A stretch of DNA of 64,000 nt, from the IMG/VR virus record IMGVR_UViG_3300043077_000092, one strand, 5' to 3'. The notes beneath the pieces are model-generated. The model did not search any database and had not been told where the DNA came from. It saw nothing but the letters and a program-made list of their open reading frames with translations. This document shows positions 50,988 through 60,357 of the stretch, one piece after another; position 1 is the first letter of the stretch, and each line of letters begins with the position of its first letter. A program made the translations under genes and the position numbers. The DNA is from a virus (Duplodnaviria > Caudoviricetes).

Positions 50988-52238
50988 TTAATCACCTCTC
51001 ATTAGACTCGTAAGTGCATCGACGAGATTTTCATCATCACAATACATCGGGTCAATTCCTTCTGGAGCATTCATCATATTCCCATACATCATTTGAATAT
51101 CTCCACCAGTTTCATTACTGTCATTTCGACGACGTTTCTTGTTCGCTTTCTTCTTTCTGCTCATTCTCTCTAATGATGAGCCTACATTCGAATACGCAAG
51201 TAAACGTGATTCTGACCATCCATTCGTTCTTGCTAACATACGGATAGTTTGTCTTGATAGATATTCTCTTCTGGTCATAGAACGACCAGTTACCTCATCC
51301 TGAACCATCTCATTCATACTTGGCTCAGCCTCTTTGATTTCCTCACCACTTGCAAGGCGAGAGAGTAACCCCGGTTCAGAGAACCCTAAATTCTCTTCAT
51401 ATCTTCTCTTAATATTCTCTGGGGCATTCTTAAACATTTCATGCTTCTTATCTGCATTATCGGTTTTATACCATGACTTAAATACACGATTGAGTTCTTC
51501 CAAACTTTCAATCTTGGTGGTCTTTCTATATCCACCACTATACTCTTCATCGAGCATACGCTCAATCGCATTTATTCTTCCTATAGATGTCTCTACATCG
51601 GATGATCGTTCAATCTCGACACCCTCAACATCTTCCTGCATTGCTTCCAATACTTTTCGGGTTGTACCCTCTGGTAAAGTTTTAGTCTTCACTGGTATCA
51701 TTCCAGTAACAAACATTTCATAGTCTGGTGATCGTTTTGACATAGTTGGGATTGGAGGTATCCAATCTCTAATCAATCCCATAGACAATTTTTGCATGAA
51801 TACATCTTCGCCATATTTCTCTATTAAGGTGTCGATATATGCGTTTCTTATTTTCATTGCGTTGAGATAATCAGTATATGATGTATAGATACGTCTTATT
51901 TGTCGAGCCGCTTTAAGCTCTGGAGACGCTTCGTTATCATTATAGTACTGGTCATAAAACTCTAACGATGACTGCATAAAGACTTCTGTATACTTATGAG
52001 CACACCTTGTTCTCCTAAGAATTGTCATAGTCTCATCATCAATCTTCGTTAATGTATTCTTTGACAAGACCGTCTTTGTTGACGGCTTGTCGGATGATTC
52101 TTTCTCCTGAGAGTTGGTCTCACCAGAGTTTTCATCTTCCTCATCAGTGAGATTATGCTGTTTCTTAAACTTTTCATAGGATTGGTTACTTCCTATGAAT
52201 ACACCGCCTAAATCTTCTAACTCTCTCTCATCATCCAT
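50988..52238 (-). CDS. Hypothetical protein
   Basis: RBS AGGAGG before ATG 52238; basic patch RKKKANKKRRR. Confidence 0.7.
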   Translation of the reverse strand: MDDERELEDLGGVFIGSNQSYEKFKKQHNLTDEEDENSGETNSQEKESSDKPSTKTVLSKNTLTKIDDETMTILRRTRCAHKYTEVFMQSSLEFYDQYYNDNEASPELKAARQIRRIYTSYTDYLNAMKIRNAYIDTLIEKYGEDVFMQKLSMGLIRDWIPPIPTMSKRSPDYEMFVTGMIPVKTKTLPEGTTRKVLEAMQEDVEGVEIERSSDVETSIGRINAIERMLDEEYSGGYRKTTKIESLEELNRVFKSWYKTDNADKKHEMFKNAPENIKRRYEENLGFSEPGLLSRLASGEEIKEAEPSMNEMVQDEVTGRSMTRREYLSRQTIRMLARTNGWSESRLLAYSNVGSSLERMSRKKKANKKRRRNDSNETGGDIQMMYGNMMNAPEGIDPMYCDDENLVDALTSLMRGD

Positions 52239-52271
52239 AGAAATCCCTCCTTTCTGCATTCGTATGTTGTC

Positions 52272-53096
52272 TTAATATATATCTATCTTTCCGAATCTAT
52301 TTTCCTCTCTAAATATAGAATTGAGGCAGATAATTCCATTGGTATCAAGACGAATGTCATGTTGATATCTTGACTGGAATAATGTCCATCTATCAGAGCT
52401 TGTTCTGAAATTCATTCTATGTTCCCGCTTAGAATACCATACCATATGGTTATATTCATAATTAGAGAACGCAGGAATATCCATATCTGGGTTGGTGACT
52501 TCTTTAAAAATCAGAATACGCATAGGATGAGCATCAAAACTTATATCATCTATGGTGGTATTATTCGGTATGACATTCCTCATGAACCGATACTGATAAT
52601 AGAGTAGATCTGATCCTGAGTCCTTGGATGTTTCAAGTGAATATTGTCCAAGGACATACTCAAGAATGTCAAATAACTCTGCAAGTGTCGGTGAATCAGA
52701 AATCTGGGTTAATGGGTTACACTCTGAATTTTTACTGAGAACTGGATGTGCGTTAATGAGTGAATGAATAATTGCTGAGTAGATAACGTAATATGGATTA
52801 CGTGAAGCGTATATCCAATCTTCCTCTTTAATATATCCACCCGGAAGTGAAACAGTTCCCGTCTCATCGTTTTCAAGTAACCATATTCCGTCATGAGTAG
52901 GATTGGTCAAAAGTAAATCACACTCGAAACTTACCTTCTCAGGAACCATCATCTGGAACCCTTCGGGATAAGTATGGGCTACCATTTTACCGTTTATAAA
53001 TAACTCTGGATTTAACAACGGTGTCATTACATCCGTTGCTCTTCCGGGGCTAAACTTTAGTTCAAAATCTTTTCTCTTTAAATAAATATCTCTCAT
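52272..53096 (-). CDS. Hypothetical protein, possible degenerate Nudix fold
   Basis: IWLL...SLPGGYIKEED without the REUxEE part of the Nudix box. Confidence 0.45.
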   Translation of the reverse strand: MRDIYLKRKDFELKFSPGRATDVMTPLLNPELFINGKMVAHTYPEGFQMMVPEKVSFECDLLLTNPTHDGIWLLENDETGTVSLPGGYIKEEDWIYASRNPYYVIYSAIIHSLINAHPVLSKNSECNPLTQISDSPTLAELFDILEYVLGQYSLETSKDSGSDLLYYQYRFMRNVIPNNTTIDDISFDAHPMRILIFKEVTNPDMDIPAFSNYEYNHMVWYSKREHRMNFRTSSDRWTLFQSRYQHDIRLDTNGIICLNSIFREENRFGKIDIY

Positions 53097-53192
53097 ATTT
53101 ATGCATTACTCTCCTTTCAAGAATTTTAGTTAATTGTCAATAGCATAGTAAATTGGTATAATGGTAAGAAATACCATTATACCAATTCTTGT

Positions 53193-53888
53193 TTAAGCGA
53201 ATGATTTAAGCATCGATGGATCTACTCCATCTTCCATGTTAGTCTCTCCGTCTACATCCAAATACACAAACTGCACATAAAGGATCTTGAGTGCTTCTCT
53301 TAATTCCTCTGGGTGAGCTTTGAATCTTCTTGACTCCTGTACTTTCTCATCTAAAGCCATGAGTAATTCATCAGGAATCCAATCGTAATATCGTTTTGTA
53401 AACTCAACGAATCTACCATATACGCACCATAATGGTACGGGTAACTGGTTGTCGTGTACCAATTGATGGCACGTAACTGAGAGTGGGATTAAACCAACAA
53501 GTCCAGAGTAGTGGAGTCTCATAACTTCCTCTGCTACTTTGAGTTCGTCGATATAACCAATCTGATCTTCATGCTTACGCATTACGACATCAACGATAGA
53601 AAAAAGAGTGAATGGCGAATGATGAATTTCAATCATGCCCTTCTTTTTTCCACCTTTGAATTCATTCATGAACGTACATTCATTCATATCAACGTACTTA
53701 TGAAGATAGGTGATTAAGTCCGTATATTCAAGAGAACTTCTGCAATACGATTCGATCTGTTTTGTGAGTTTCACTCTCTGTTTGTCTGTTGTAGTAACAG
53801 GGAGTCTCGGTATAATAATTGGTTTATCAATATGAACAGTCTTAACGGACGATTGGTTTAAACTTGTTTCTTTTGGTGGAACTCTCAT
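53193..53888 (-). CDS. HNH-like protein, paralog of 45762-46460
   Basis: IEIHHSPFTL...LSVTCHQLVH. Confidence 0.55.
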   Translation of the reverse strand: MRVPPKETSLNQSSVKTVHIDKPIIIPRLPVTTTDKQRVKLTKQIESYCRSSLEYTDLITYLHKYVDMNECTFMNEFKGGKKKGMIEIHHSPFTLFSIVDVVMRKHEDQIGYIDELKVAEEVMRLHYSGLVGLIPLSVTCHQLVHDNQLPVPLWCVYGRFVEFTKRYYDWIPDELLMALDEKVQESRRFKAHPEELREALKILYVQFVYLDVDGETNMEDGVDPSMLKSFA

Positions 53889-53945
53889 ATTATCACCTCC
53901 ATAACGATTATTCCATTATGGAGGTGTGCCTTTTAATTCTTGATG

Positions 53946-54905
53946 TTACATTCGGATATCGTCGAGGAACTTGTCATAGTCATCATAGGTCTGTCTTAAT
54001 GAGTCCAATATAAGTTCATACCAATCATGATAGGTTTCATCATAAACTCCCATCGATTCCTCGAATCTGTCAATCGGAGAAAGCGTCCTGTAGGTTACCT
54101 TTGGCTTTGCATCCGGCTTAGTTGCCTTTGGAACACGGCTCTCAACAATAGGATTTCTCTCCTTTGTCTGTCCGTCAGATTCATACATAAGAAACTCACT
54201 GACAAACTCTGTGAACATGTGATATTCCAGATTGTCTTTGGTTCCATCTAAAACCTTTTGTAACTCTGCTAAGTCATCTTTCCATGATGCAATCTCTTCA
54301 TCAGTCCAAGTTACCGGAATCTTCAATGTATCGAAATAACCTGTCCTGAACAGTTTACGTGTTTCATATATACATGCATGGGTTAATTCATGCTTAATAA
54401 TCTTCGGATACGTATCGGGATTAATCGTAGAAGAACCTTCGGCAATCAATATGAAATGAATAGTCGCCCAATCTTTGGTTTCTTCATTTACCTCATCATT
54501 ATCAACATTATTAAAATCAACGCACCAAGAACAGCATACACCATCGACATCATAGTCATCAACCCCGATTAAGTCAACAAGCTCTTTTGGGATTGAATCA
54601 ACTGACTTGTCTGCGAAATATTCAATCAACATGTCACCACTCTCTGTCTCATAAGAATAGTGTTTAAACGTGTTCGTATCTGCTATAGCAGTTGCAAGAT
54701 ACTTCTTTAATTCAGGGCATAGTTCATATGCTTGAGATTTGGATATAATATCCTCTTTTGCTTCTGCACCACTATAAGTACGTGGACCATCTGTAGCGAT
54801 CTTCATAAAGAACTCGCTTCTTATCTGGGAGAACCTCTGCTTAATTCCTGTCCTAAGTAAAGTTCTCCAAAGTTTTGGGTAATCCAAAGTTGTCGTGATT
54901 TCCAT
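53946..54905 (-). CDS. Putative zincin-like metalloprotease
   Basis: HExxH motif IIKHELTH and a downstream E (TEFVSE). Confidence 0.5.
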   Translation of the reverse strand: MEITTTLDYPKLWRTLLRTGIKQRFSQIRSEFFMKIATDGPRTYSGAEAKEDIISKSQAYELCPELKKYLATAIADTNTFKHYSYETESGDMLIEYFADKSVDSIPKELVDLIGVDDYDVDGVCCSWCVDFNNVDNDEVNEETKDWATIHFILIAEGSSTINPDTYPKIIKHELTHACIYETRKLFRTGYFDTLKIPVTWTDEEIASWKDDLAELQKVLDGTKDNLEYHMFTEFVSEFLMYESDGQTKERNPIVESRVPKATKPDAKPKVTYRTLSPIDRFEESMGVYDETYHDWYELILDSLRQTYDDYDKFLDDIRM

Positions 54906-54999
54906 TTCTGGTTATCCTCCTTCTAAAATTTATAAAATAAACCATGGGCAAGAATCTTCTACCCATGGTTTTATAATATCGTAAGAATTATTCTTTTAA

Positions 55000-55461
55000 C
55001 TATCCCAATATTTCAAATGAGGATAGGTTGGTGTTTTCTGAAAGTTCAGAGTCCAATACGGTAATCAAGTCCACAGAAAACAGGTTTGTGATAACAAGTG
55101 TCCTATCCGCTAAGTTCGGATCTGATTCCATTGTAGCTCTGTAAAAACAGATGTACTTTTTATTTATGTTGATATCATCATTAAGTTCGATATTGACATA
55201 GACGATACCATTTTCAACAGTAACTTCGAAGATGTGACCTGCTATAGAAATAGAATCTACTTTATGGTAGTCTGCAAGCTTTGTATCATAACGATAATCA
55301 TAGAGACTACTATGTAAGATAACAGCCCCATTACCAGTATGAATGTAATTCTCTATAGCTTCCTTTAAAGCTTCGGCAGAAGGAAGTCTAGTTATCGTAT
55401 GGTTTCTTCTGGCATCTTCTGAACCGCTGTTTTGTACTTCAATCTTGAGACGCATAATCAT
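55000..55461 (-). CDS. Hypothetical protein, tandem family member 1
   Basis: ATGA-coupled; shares a motif pattern with its neighbours. Confidence 0.65.
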   Translation of the reverse strand: MIMRLKIEVQNSGSEDARRNHTITRLPSAEALKEAIENYIHTGNGAVILHSSLYDYRYDTKLADYHKVDSISIAGHIFEVTVENGIVYVNIELNDDININKKYICFYRATMESDPNLADRTLVITNLFSVDLITVLDSELSENTNLSSFEILG

Positions 55462-55916
55462 TGACCCCCTTTCTTCACGTAGTCTAACGCTATAATGCGG
55501 ACAGGTATCCTCATGCTTTCCTTTGGTACATCGGTACAGATATCATCCTGAGAAGATGAATCTTTGCTCTGGTATAATGCACGAACGATAAATCTACCTC
55601 TACCACCGTTCATTTCATCAATATATTCATCGGGAATATCAATGCTTACAAAATAAGCATCATTGTCTGCATCGATGTCAGCGTCGATATAACGTACACC
55701 ACTGACGCAATTTGTTGGGTCAATAGTCATCACCCTTATTAATTTATTAGCAGGTACTTCTTCCAATGTATATTGTCTAACAAGTTCAGTCTCAAACACC
55801 TCAAACTGAGGTCCCGGATATTCTTTCATAAACCTAACATGTTTATCCAGAAGTTCTGCGAACCTTTTAGGTTCTGCAAAACTCGGTCTCCTTACTTCTA
55901 TTACATATTTCATCAA
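55458..55916 (-). CDS. Hypothetical protein, tandem family member 2
   Basis: Coupled ORF; RIIALDYV. Confidence 0.65.
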   Translation of the reverse strand: MMKYVIEVRRPSFAEPKRFAELLDKHVRFMKEYPGPQFEVFETELVRQYTLEEVPANKLIRVMTIDPTNCVSGVRYIDADIDADNDAYFVSIDIPDEYIDEMNGGRGRFIVRALYQSKDSSSQDDICTDVPKESMRIPVRIIALDYVKKGGQ

Positions 55917-56488
55917 TCAACACCCCATCTTTCTACTAATAAAGTACCAGCGTCGGTATAACTATATCCACATACTTCACTACTGTCTTTATCATATTGA
56001 CAGAATATGTCCGACGTAATATCCTTATGGTCTGGTGTTATAATATACCATGGTTCCGGACGACAAACAAAATCGATAGCAGTAATCTTTTCAACAGGAA
56101 TTTTCCCAATGACTCTTCTGCTATCTACATGATAATCACTCGGCACCACTACTCTAGGCATGAATAAACCATCCTTGAGAGAATAGAATCCCTTCCAGTT
56201 ATCATAATCAACCGAAAGCTCTGCGTGTTGAACGTCATGCGAAGTACTGTAGAAATACTTTATTCTACACTTATTTTTGGTGAGAGTTTCAGGGTCAATA
56301 CCCATCCTTCTAACATGCATCTGTAGGCTCATAATCCTCACCTGTCTCTCACCTGCTGTGCGGTATTCCTCTATAATGGTTTCTTCCGATATAATCTTAT
56401 CCATAGCCGCTTTCAATTCTCTGTCAAACGATTCAGGTTCGAATATCGGATCAACGAAAACTCTAAATGTAAAACTCATTTTGCCCAT
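55913..56488 (-). CDS. Hypothetical protein, tandem family member 3
   Basis: KITAIDFV; RBS GGGAG. Confidence 0.65.
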   Translation of the reverse strand: MGKMSFTFRVFVDPIFEPESFDRELKAAMDKIISEETIIEEYRTAGERQVRIMSLQMHVRRMGIDPETLTKNKCRIKYFYSTSHDVQHAELSVDYDNWKGFYSLKDGLFMPRVVVPSDYHVDSRRVIGKIPVEKITAIDFVCRPEPWYIITPDHKDITSDIFCQYDKDSSEVCGYSYTDAGTLLVERWGVD

Positions 56489-56512
56489 TTATCTTCTCTC
56501 CTTATAATATTT

Positions 56513-57124
56513 TTAATCTATAAACACTGCATCTGCTGGGGAAGAATCTACTCCTGCCCCCTGTATACAAGTAATATGAGATGAATTAGACCTATCTAAA
56601 TATCTCCAAAAATATACCATATCAAGTAACTCTGATACTGGGGTAGTACGAGGACCCGTCCTGAGCATTTGTTTAATACTTGTATATTTGTACGCAACAA
56701 ATAACAACGTGGATATGAGGTCTTTACTATCCGTAATAAGATATGGTACAAACGGTGATGCCTGTAACATTGTATGAGTTATAGCACTGAATATCTGAGA
56801 CGAAACTTTCATCTCTCTAATATACTCATCTGAGAATAATTCTGCATATCTCTCTTTGTATATAACATAACACCTACCATCTTTTGATGTTTTTGTAACA
56901 AGATGACATCCAAGAACGTCATGGATATCGGTTGAGTATTCTTCATTTAGAATATGAGATAACAACATGGTACTCTCACATTCTATGGTAATCATTTCGG
57001 ACATATCATCCATTTGTTTGTATTCACGGAAGTATGAAATCGCAACGTATGGGTTATCTGACCAACCCACAACGCATTTCAATACATCTTCCCAATCAGT
57101 TAGAATAACATAAAATTTTCTCAA
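56513..57124 (-). CDS. Hypothetical protein
   Basis: TTG start with RBS AGGAGGTG. Confidence 0.65.
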   Translation of the reverse strand: MRKFYVILTDWEDVLKCVVGWSDNPYVAISYFREYKQMDDMSEMITIECESTMLLSHILNEEYSTDIHDVLGCHLVTKTSKDGRCYVIYKERYAELFSDEYIREMKVSSQIFSAITHTMLQASPFVPYLITDSKDLISTLLFVAYKYTSIKQMLRTGPRTTPVSELLDMVYFWRYLDRSNSSHITCIQGAGVDSSPADAVFID

Positions 57125-57142
57125 TTATTAATCTCACCTCCT

Positions 57143-57946
57143 TTATTCATTATCATCATCTCCATAACATCCACCAACGTCAGTGTAAGCCAAAGATCCC
57201 GGATAATTGTAGGCATATAAAAGATAATACCATACAAGATATGACGAATCTGTTAAATCAGCACTTGTTAATGTTTCTATTGGTGCTGGAAAATCAGCTT
57301 CTTTTGTAAAGTACATTTTTAAGTAATCTGGTAATTTTAAAAACCAGTTCTCTGGGAAATCCATAAAGTCACAACTATTTGTCAGCAAAACATACAATGG
57401 GACATAGACATTTGAGAGTTTGTATATAAGTTTATTGATGACTTTCAAATCCTCATTATCTATCAAATAGTCTTCAAATCTCTTAAGAAACTCTTTAGTA
57501 CCCATTATGAAGTCTAAGAAAACGCAATCCATTAAGTCTCCACTTTCAGAATTAGCAACGTTTGCATCCTCTTCCATTTGCCCAGTTACATAGATAACTA
57601 TACTGTCAACCGTATTAAGTTGATCCATCCATATAAACTCTAGGCTACAATTAACTTTGTGATTACACTCACGTTGCATATATTCTATATATTCATCATT
57701 TGTCAATGGGGGTGATTCCATTATGTCATATTCCATATTTTCCAAATAAATACCCCAAAACTTGATAAACTGATTGAAAATCCATCTATTGTTAGAATAC
57801 GCATATTGTAATGAGTCACATAGACTGCTATACGAATCTTCTAACCGCCCATAATCATTAATGCATAAAGTATAGAAAACATACTTTTTACTTGCATTTT
57901 CTCCAACCCAAGGGATATTACTTGTGTTCATAACTGTCACCACCAC
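57143..57946 (-). CDS. Hypothetical protein
   Basis: 267-aa ORF; start may be ATG 57931. Confidence 0.65.
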   Translation of the reverse strand: MVVTVMNTSNIPWVGENASKKYVFYTLCINDYGRLEDSYSSLCDSLQYAYSNNRWIFNQFIKFWGIYLENMEYDIMESPPLTNDEYIEYMQRECNHKVNCSLEFIWMDQLNTVDSIVIYVTGQMEEDANVANSESGDLMDCVFLDFIMGTKEFLKRFEDYLIDNEDLKVINKLIYKLSNVYVPLYVLLTNSCDFMDFPENWFLKLPDYLKMYFTKEADFPAPIETLTSADLTDSSYLVWYYLLYAYNYPGSLAYTDVGGCYGDDDNE

Positions 57947-57974
57947 CTTCCCAGATATCCCAAAAATTAAAGCA

Positions 57975-58313
57975 TTACTCGTCTTCTTGCAAAGTATCTG
58001 CTATTGAACTAATCTGCTCAATAGATGCTCTAGCTGATACGCTAATCTTGTTATCCAGTGTCTTGATAGAGTCCTCATCGAAGTCTCTTAGAATCTTTGG
58101 AATATCCAAAAATTCCCCTATTGCCCGAGTCGTTTCTGCATGTTTCAGATCATAGATTAAATTATTGAGTGCATTCATACCTCGCTTGAAGAGAATTTTG
58201 TCCTCTTCAGACTGCGGTACTAATGCAGGTAATGCAACCATTACATCGTTTAATCTATCAACTGTAACATCCCTAAACTTCTCTACTACTTTTGCTTCAT
58301 CTTTATTAGTCAT
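57975..58313 (-). CDS. Hypothetical protein
   Basis: RBS AAGGAG before ATG 58313. Confidence 0.65.
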   Translation of the reverse strand: MTNKDEAKVVEKFRDVTVDRLNDVMVALPALVPQSEEDKILFKRGMNALNNLIYDLKHAETTRAIGEFLDIPKILRDFDEDSIKTLDNKISVSARASIEQISSIADTLQEDE

Positions 58314-58380
58314 AAAAATAATCTCCTTTCTAGTCTTTCTCATAATGTAATATATATTCCAAAATATCATGGGTGGATAC

Positions 58381-58425
58381 AAAAAATAAAGAGGTAACGT
58401 ATTTTGTTATACGTTACCTCTTTAT
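58381..58425 (-). terminator. Intrinsic terminator
   Basis: ATAAAGAGGTAACGTA/TACGTTACCTCTTTAT. Confidence 0.75.
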
Positions 58426-58429
58426 CCAA

Positions 58430-58531
58430 TCACCAGTCATCATCTATATCGCTCTCATCAAATGGTGACCCACATACGTTACAATCTGTCTCATAATCAT
58501 ATGGTTCGATAAGTTCATCCATTGTGTACAT
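58430..58531 (-). CDS. 33-aa acidic CxxC micropeptide
   Basis: RBS GAGGAGGTG; MYTMDELIEPYDYETDCNVCGSPFDESDIDDDW; terminator follows directly. Confidence 0.5.
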   Translation of the reverse strand: MYTMDELIEPYDYETDCNVCGSPFDESDIDDDW

Positions 58532-58564
58532 TCACCTCCTCTCTTTCGTATGTAATCATACGAA

Positions 58565-58846
58565 TTAGTATGGAGGGATGTCTCCGCAAACGGAACACGA
58601 CAAGATGAATAAAGCCACCAAGACGAGCATCAGAAGATTTTGTTTCCGTCTATATATGACCAGATCATGGAAGTATTGCTTATCCGTACCTATATACTCC
58701 TCTCTCGGATAGCATAATTCCGCAAATTCCATCAGGTTCTGTTTCCGTTTCCTATGGACTCTTCTTGCGAGTTTATACACTCGCTTGTTTTTCTCCTTAC
58801 TAATGAAATAGATCATCAGTAGGGATGCTTCTGTTAATGTAAGCAT
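58565..58846 (-). CDS. Small membrane protein
   Basis: RBS GAGGTG; hydrophobic ends. Confidence 0.55.
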   Translation of the reverse strand: MLTLTEASLLMIYFISKEKNKRVYKLARRVHRKRKQNLMEFAELCYPREEYIGTDKQYFHDLVIYRRKQNLLMLVLVALFILSCSVCGDIPPY

Positions 58847-58971
58847 TTGTTCAACACCTCTTTCTTCTAGTTAGGTAATTTGAGAGGAACTATGATGTAG
58901 CTTAAGGTGTCCCTCTATCCTTTGGTTACAGAGGTTTAATATCGTTATAAAACCACTTGCATCATGATTTT

Positions 58972-60123
58972 CTAACGTCTTGCAAATATAGACTCATATG
59001 GCGATTGATTGTCATAAAGAATCTGTTGAGTCTTTGGTTTTATGATCTCAATCGGAAATTGTTTGAAGTATTTCTCATTCATCTCATTAAGGGTTGCATC
59101 GTCATACTTGTCAATTAAACAACTCTTAATCTTATGAAGCTCAACTGGTTCAATATCCTTTAGTTGATACTCCAAATTTGTACAATGATAATTCCGAACA
59201 AATATCTCTCTATAATCATTCTGAATTATAGACTCAAACATTTCAACGTCCTTTGTGTTCTCCGATATAAGACCTTTAGTGATTGCGCTGTTAATCAACT
59301 TTAGTATAGTAGCAATACCAACTCCAGTTAATTTCGGAATACTTCTATCAGAGTCGCCCATAACTGCATTGATAAACTCAATGAACCCAGTTGGTGCTGA
59401 TAATACAGAAGATACTCCGCATTTATTCTTTAATACATCGATTACATTCTTATCCGTAACAAGAATTGGTGTTTTCTTTCTAATAGATGGAGATATAATC
59501 TTAAACCCATAATTTACATAGGAGTATTCATATTGACTTGATGTAACTAAGATATTCATGGTCTTTACGCCATCTTCTGAATATACTTCTCTATCTAACA
59601 GTAAAGGTATTACAGAAGATTCAATACCAAGTGGGTTTATTAGGTATACTTCATTTACATACTGAATACAAGTCTCAATAAACTTCTGAGCCTCTTCAAG
59701 ACATTCCAACAAACTTGATATCTCCATATTCCTCTGATATCTCTCATTATGAGTTGTACGATATGTCGGGATGTATAGTCTATTCTTATAATCCTCTGGG
59801 ATGGGATAATTCCAATACAAAATTATCCTAGAGTCAATATTCTGCTTTGTTAGCCATAACCGATAATGCTGGGCTAAGTTAATGATGTTACTTACAAGGC
59901 TTAATGAGAACTTCTTCATATAGTCTCCGTGTTCATCAACACTTGCAGCCGCCTGTAAGAAATTATTTGTTCTTGGAGTCATGATAATACGAAATACATT
60001 CTCCAGATTTATATAAACGATTGCTCTCGTAATACTCTTATCTACAAAATTCCATTTATCTAATGTATCGAACTTGATTTTATGCATATTGAAAATGGGA
60101 TCTATAAAATCCATAAACGTCAC
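58972..60123 (-). CDS. 5'-3' exonuclease/FEN (T4 RNase H-like), possibly degenerate
   Basis: H3TH motif MGDSDRSIPKLTGVGIATILK; PIN-like N-terminus YINLEN. Confidence 0.65.
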   Translation of the reverse strand: MTFMDFIDPIFNMHKIKFDTLDKWNFVDKSITRAIVYINLENVFRIIMTPRTNNFLQAAASVDEHGDYMKKFSLSLVSNIINLAQHYRLWLTKQNIDSRIILYWNYPIPEDYKNRLYIPTYRTTHNERYQRNMEISSLLECLEEAQKFIETCIQYVNEVYLINPLGIESSVIPLLLDREVYSEDGVKTMNILVTSSQYEYSYVNYGFKIISPSIRKKTPILVTDKNVIDVLKNKCGVSSVLSAPTGFIEFINAVMGDSDRSIPKLTGVGIATILKLINSAITKGLISENTKDVEMFESIIQNDYREIFVRNYHCTNLEYQLKDIEPVELHKIKSCLIDKYDDATLNEMNEKYFKQFPIEIIKPKTQQILYDNQSPYESIFARR

Positions 60124-60266
60124 CCCTTCTTTTTCTTATTCTCCCGTCTCAGTTTCTTAGATGATACAAAAAGAATATTCTTTGCCTTTATGACACTTAG
60201 TCTTTCAGGATTATCTATATTATAACGAATATCTTCCAGTATCTCATACTGCGGTAATTTTCTCAT
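60120..60266 (-). CDS. 48-aa basic peptide
   Basis: RBS AAGGAG; MRKLPQYEIL...KKLRRENKKRRG; stop overlaps the GTG start of the FEN-like gene. Confidence 0.5.
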   Translation of the reverse strand: MRKLPQYEILEDIRYNIDNPERLSVIKAKNILFVSSKKLRRENKKKKG

Positions 60267-60357
60267 TCTTTACGCTCCTTTGACAAAAAAGAGACAAGGC
60301 ACGTTGACCGTACCTTGCCTCCTCTTATTATCGGTAGCGACTATTTGCTTACTAGTA

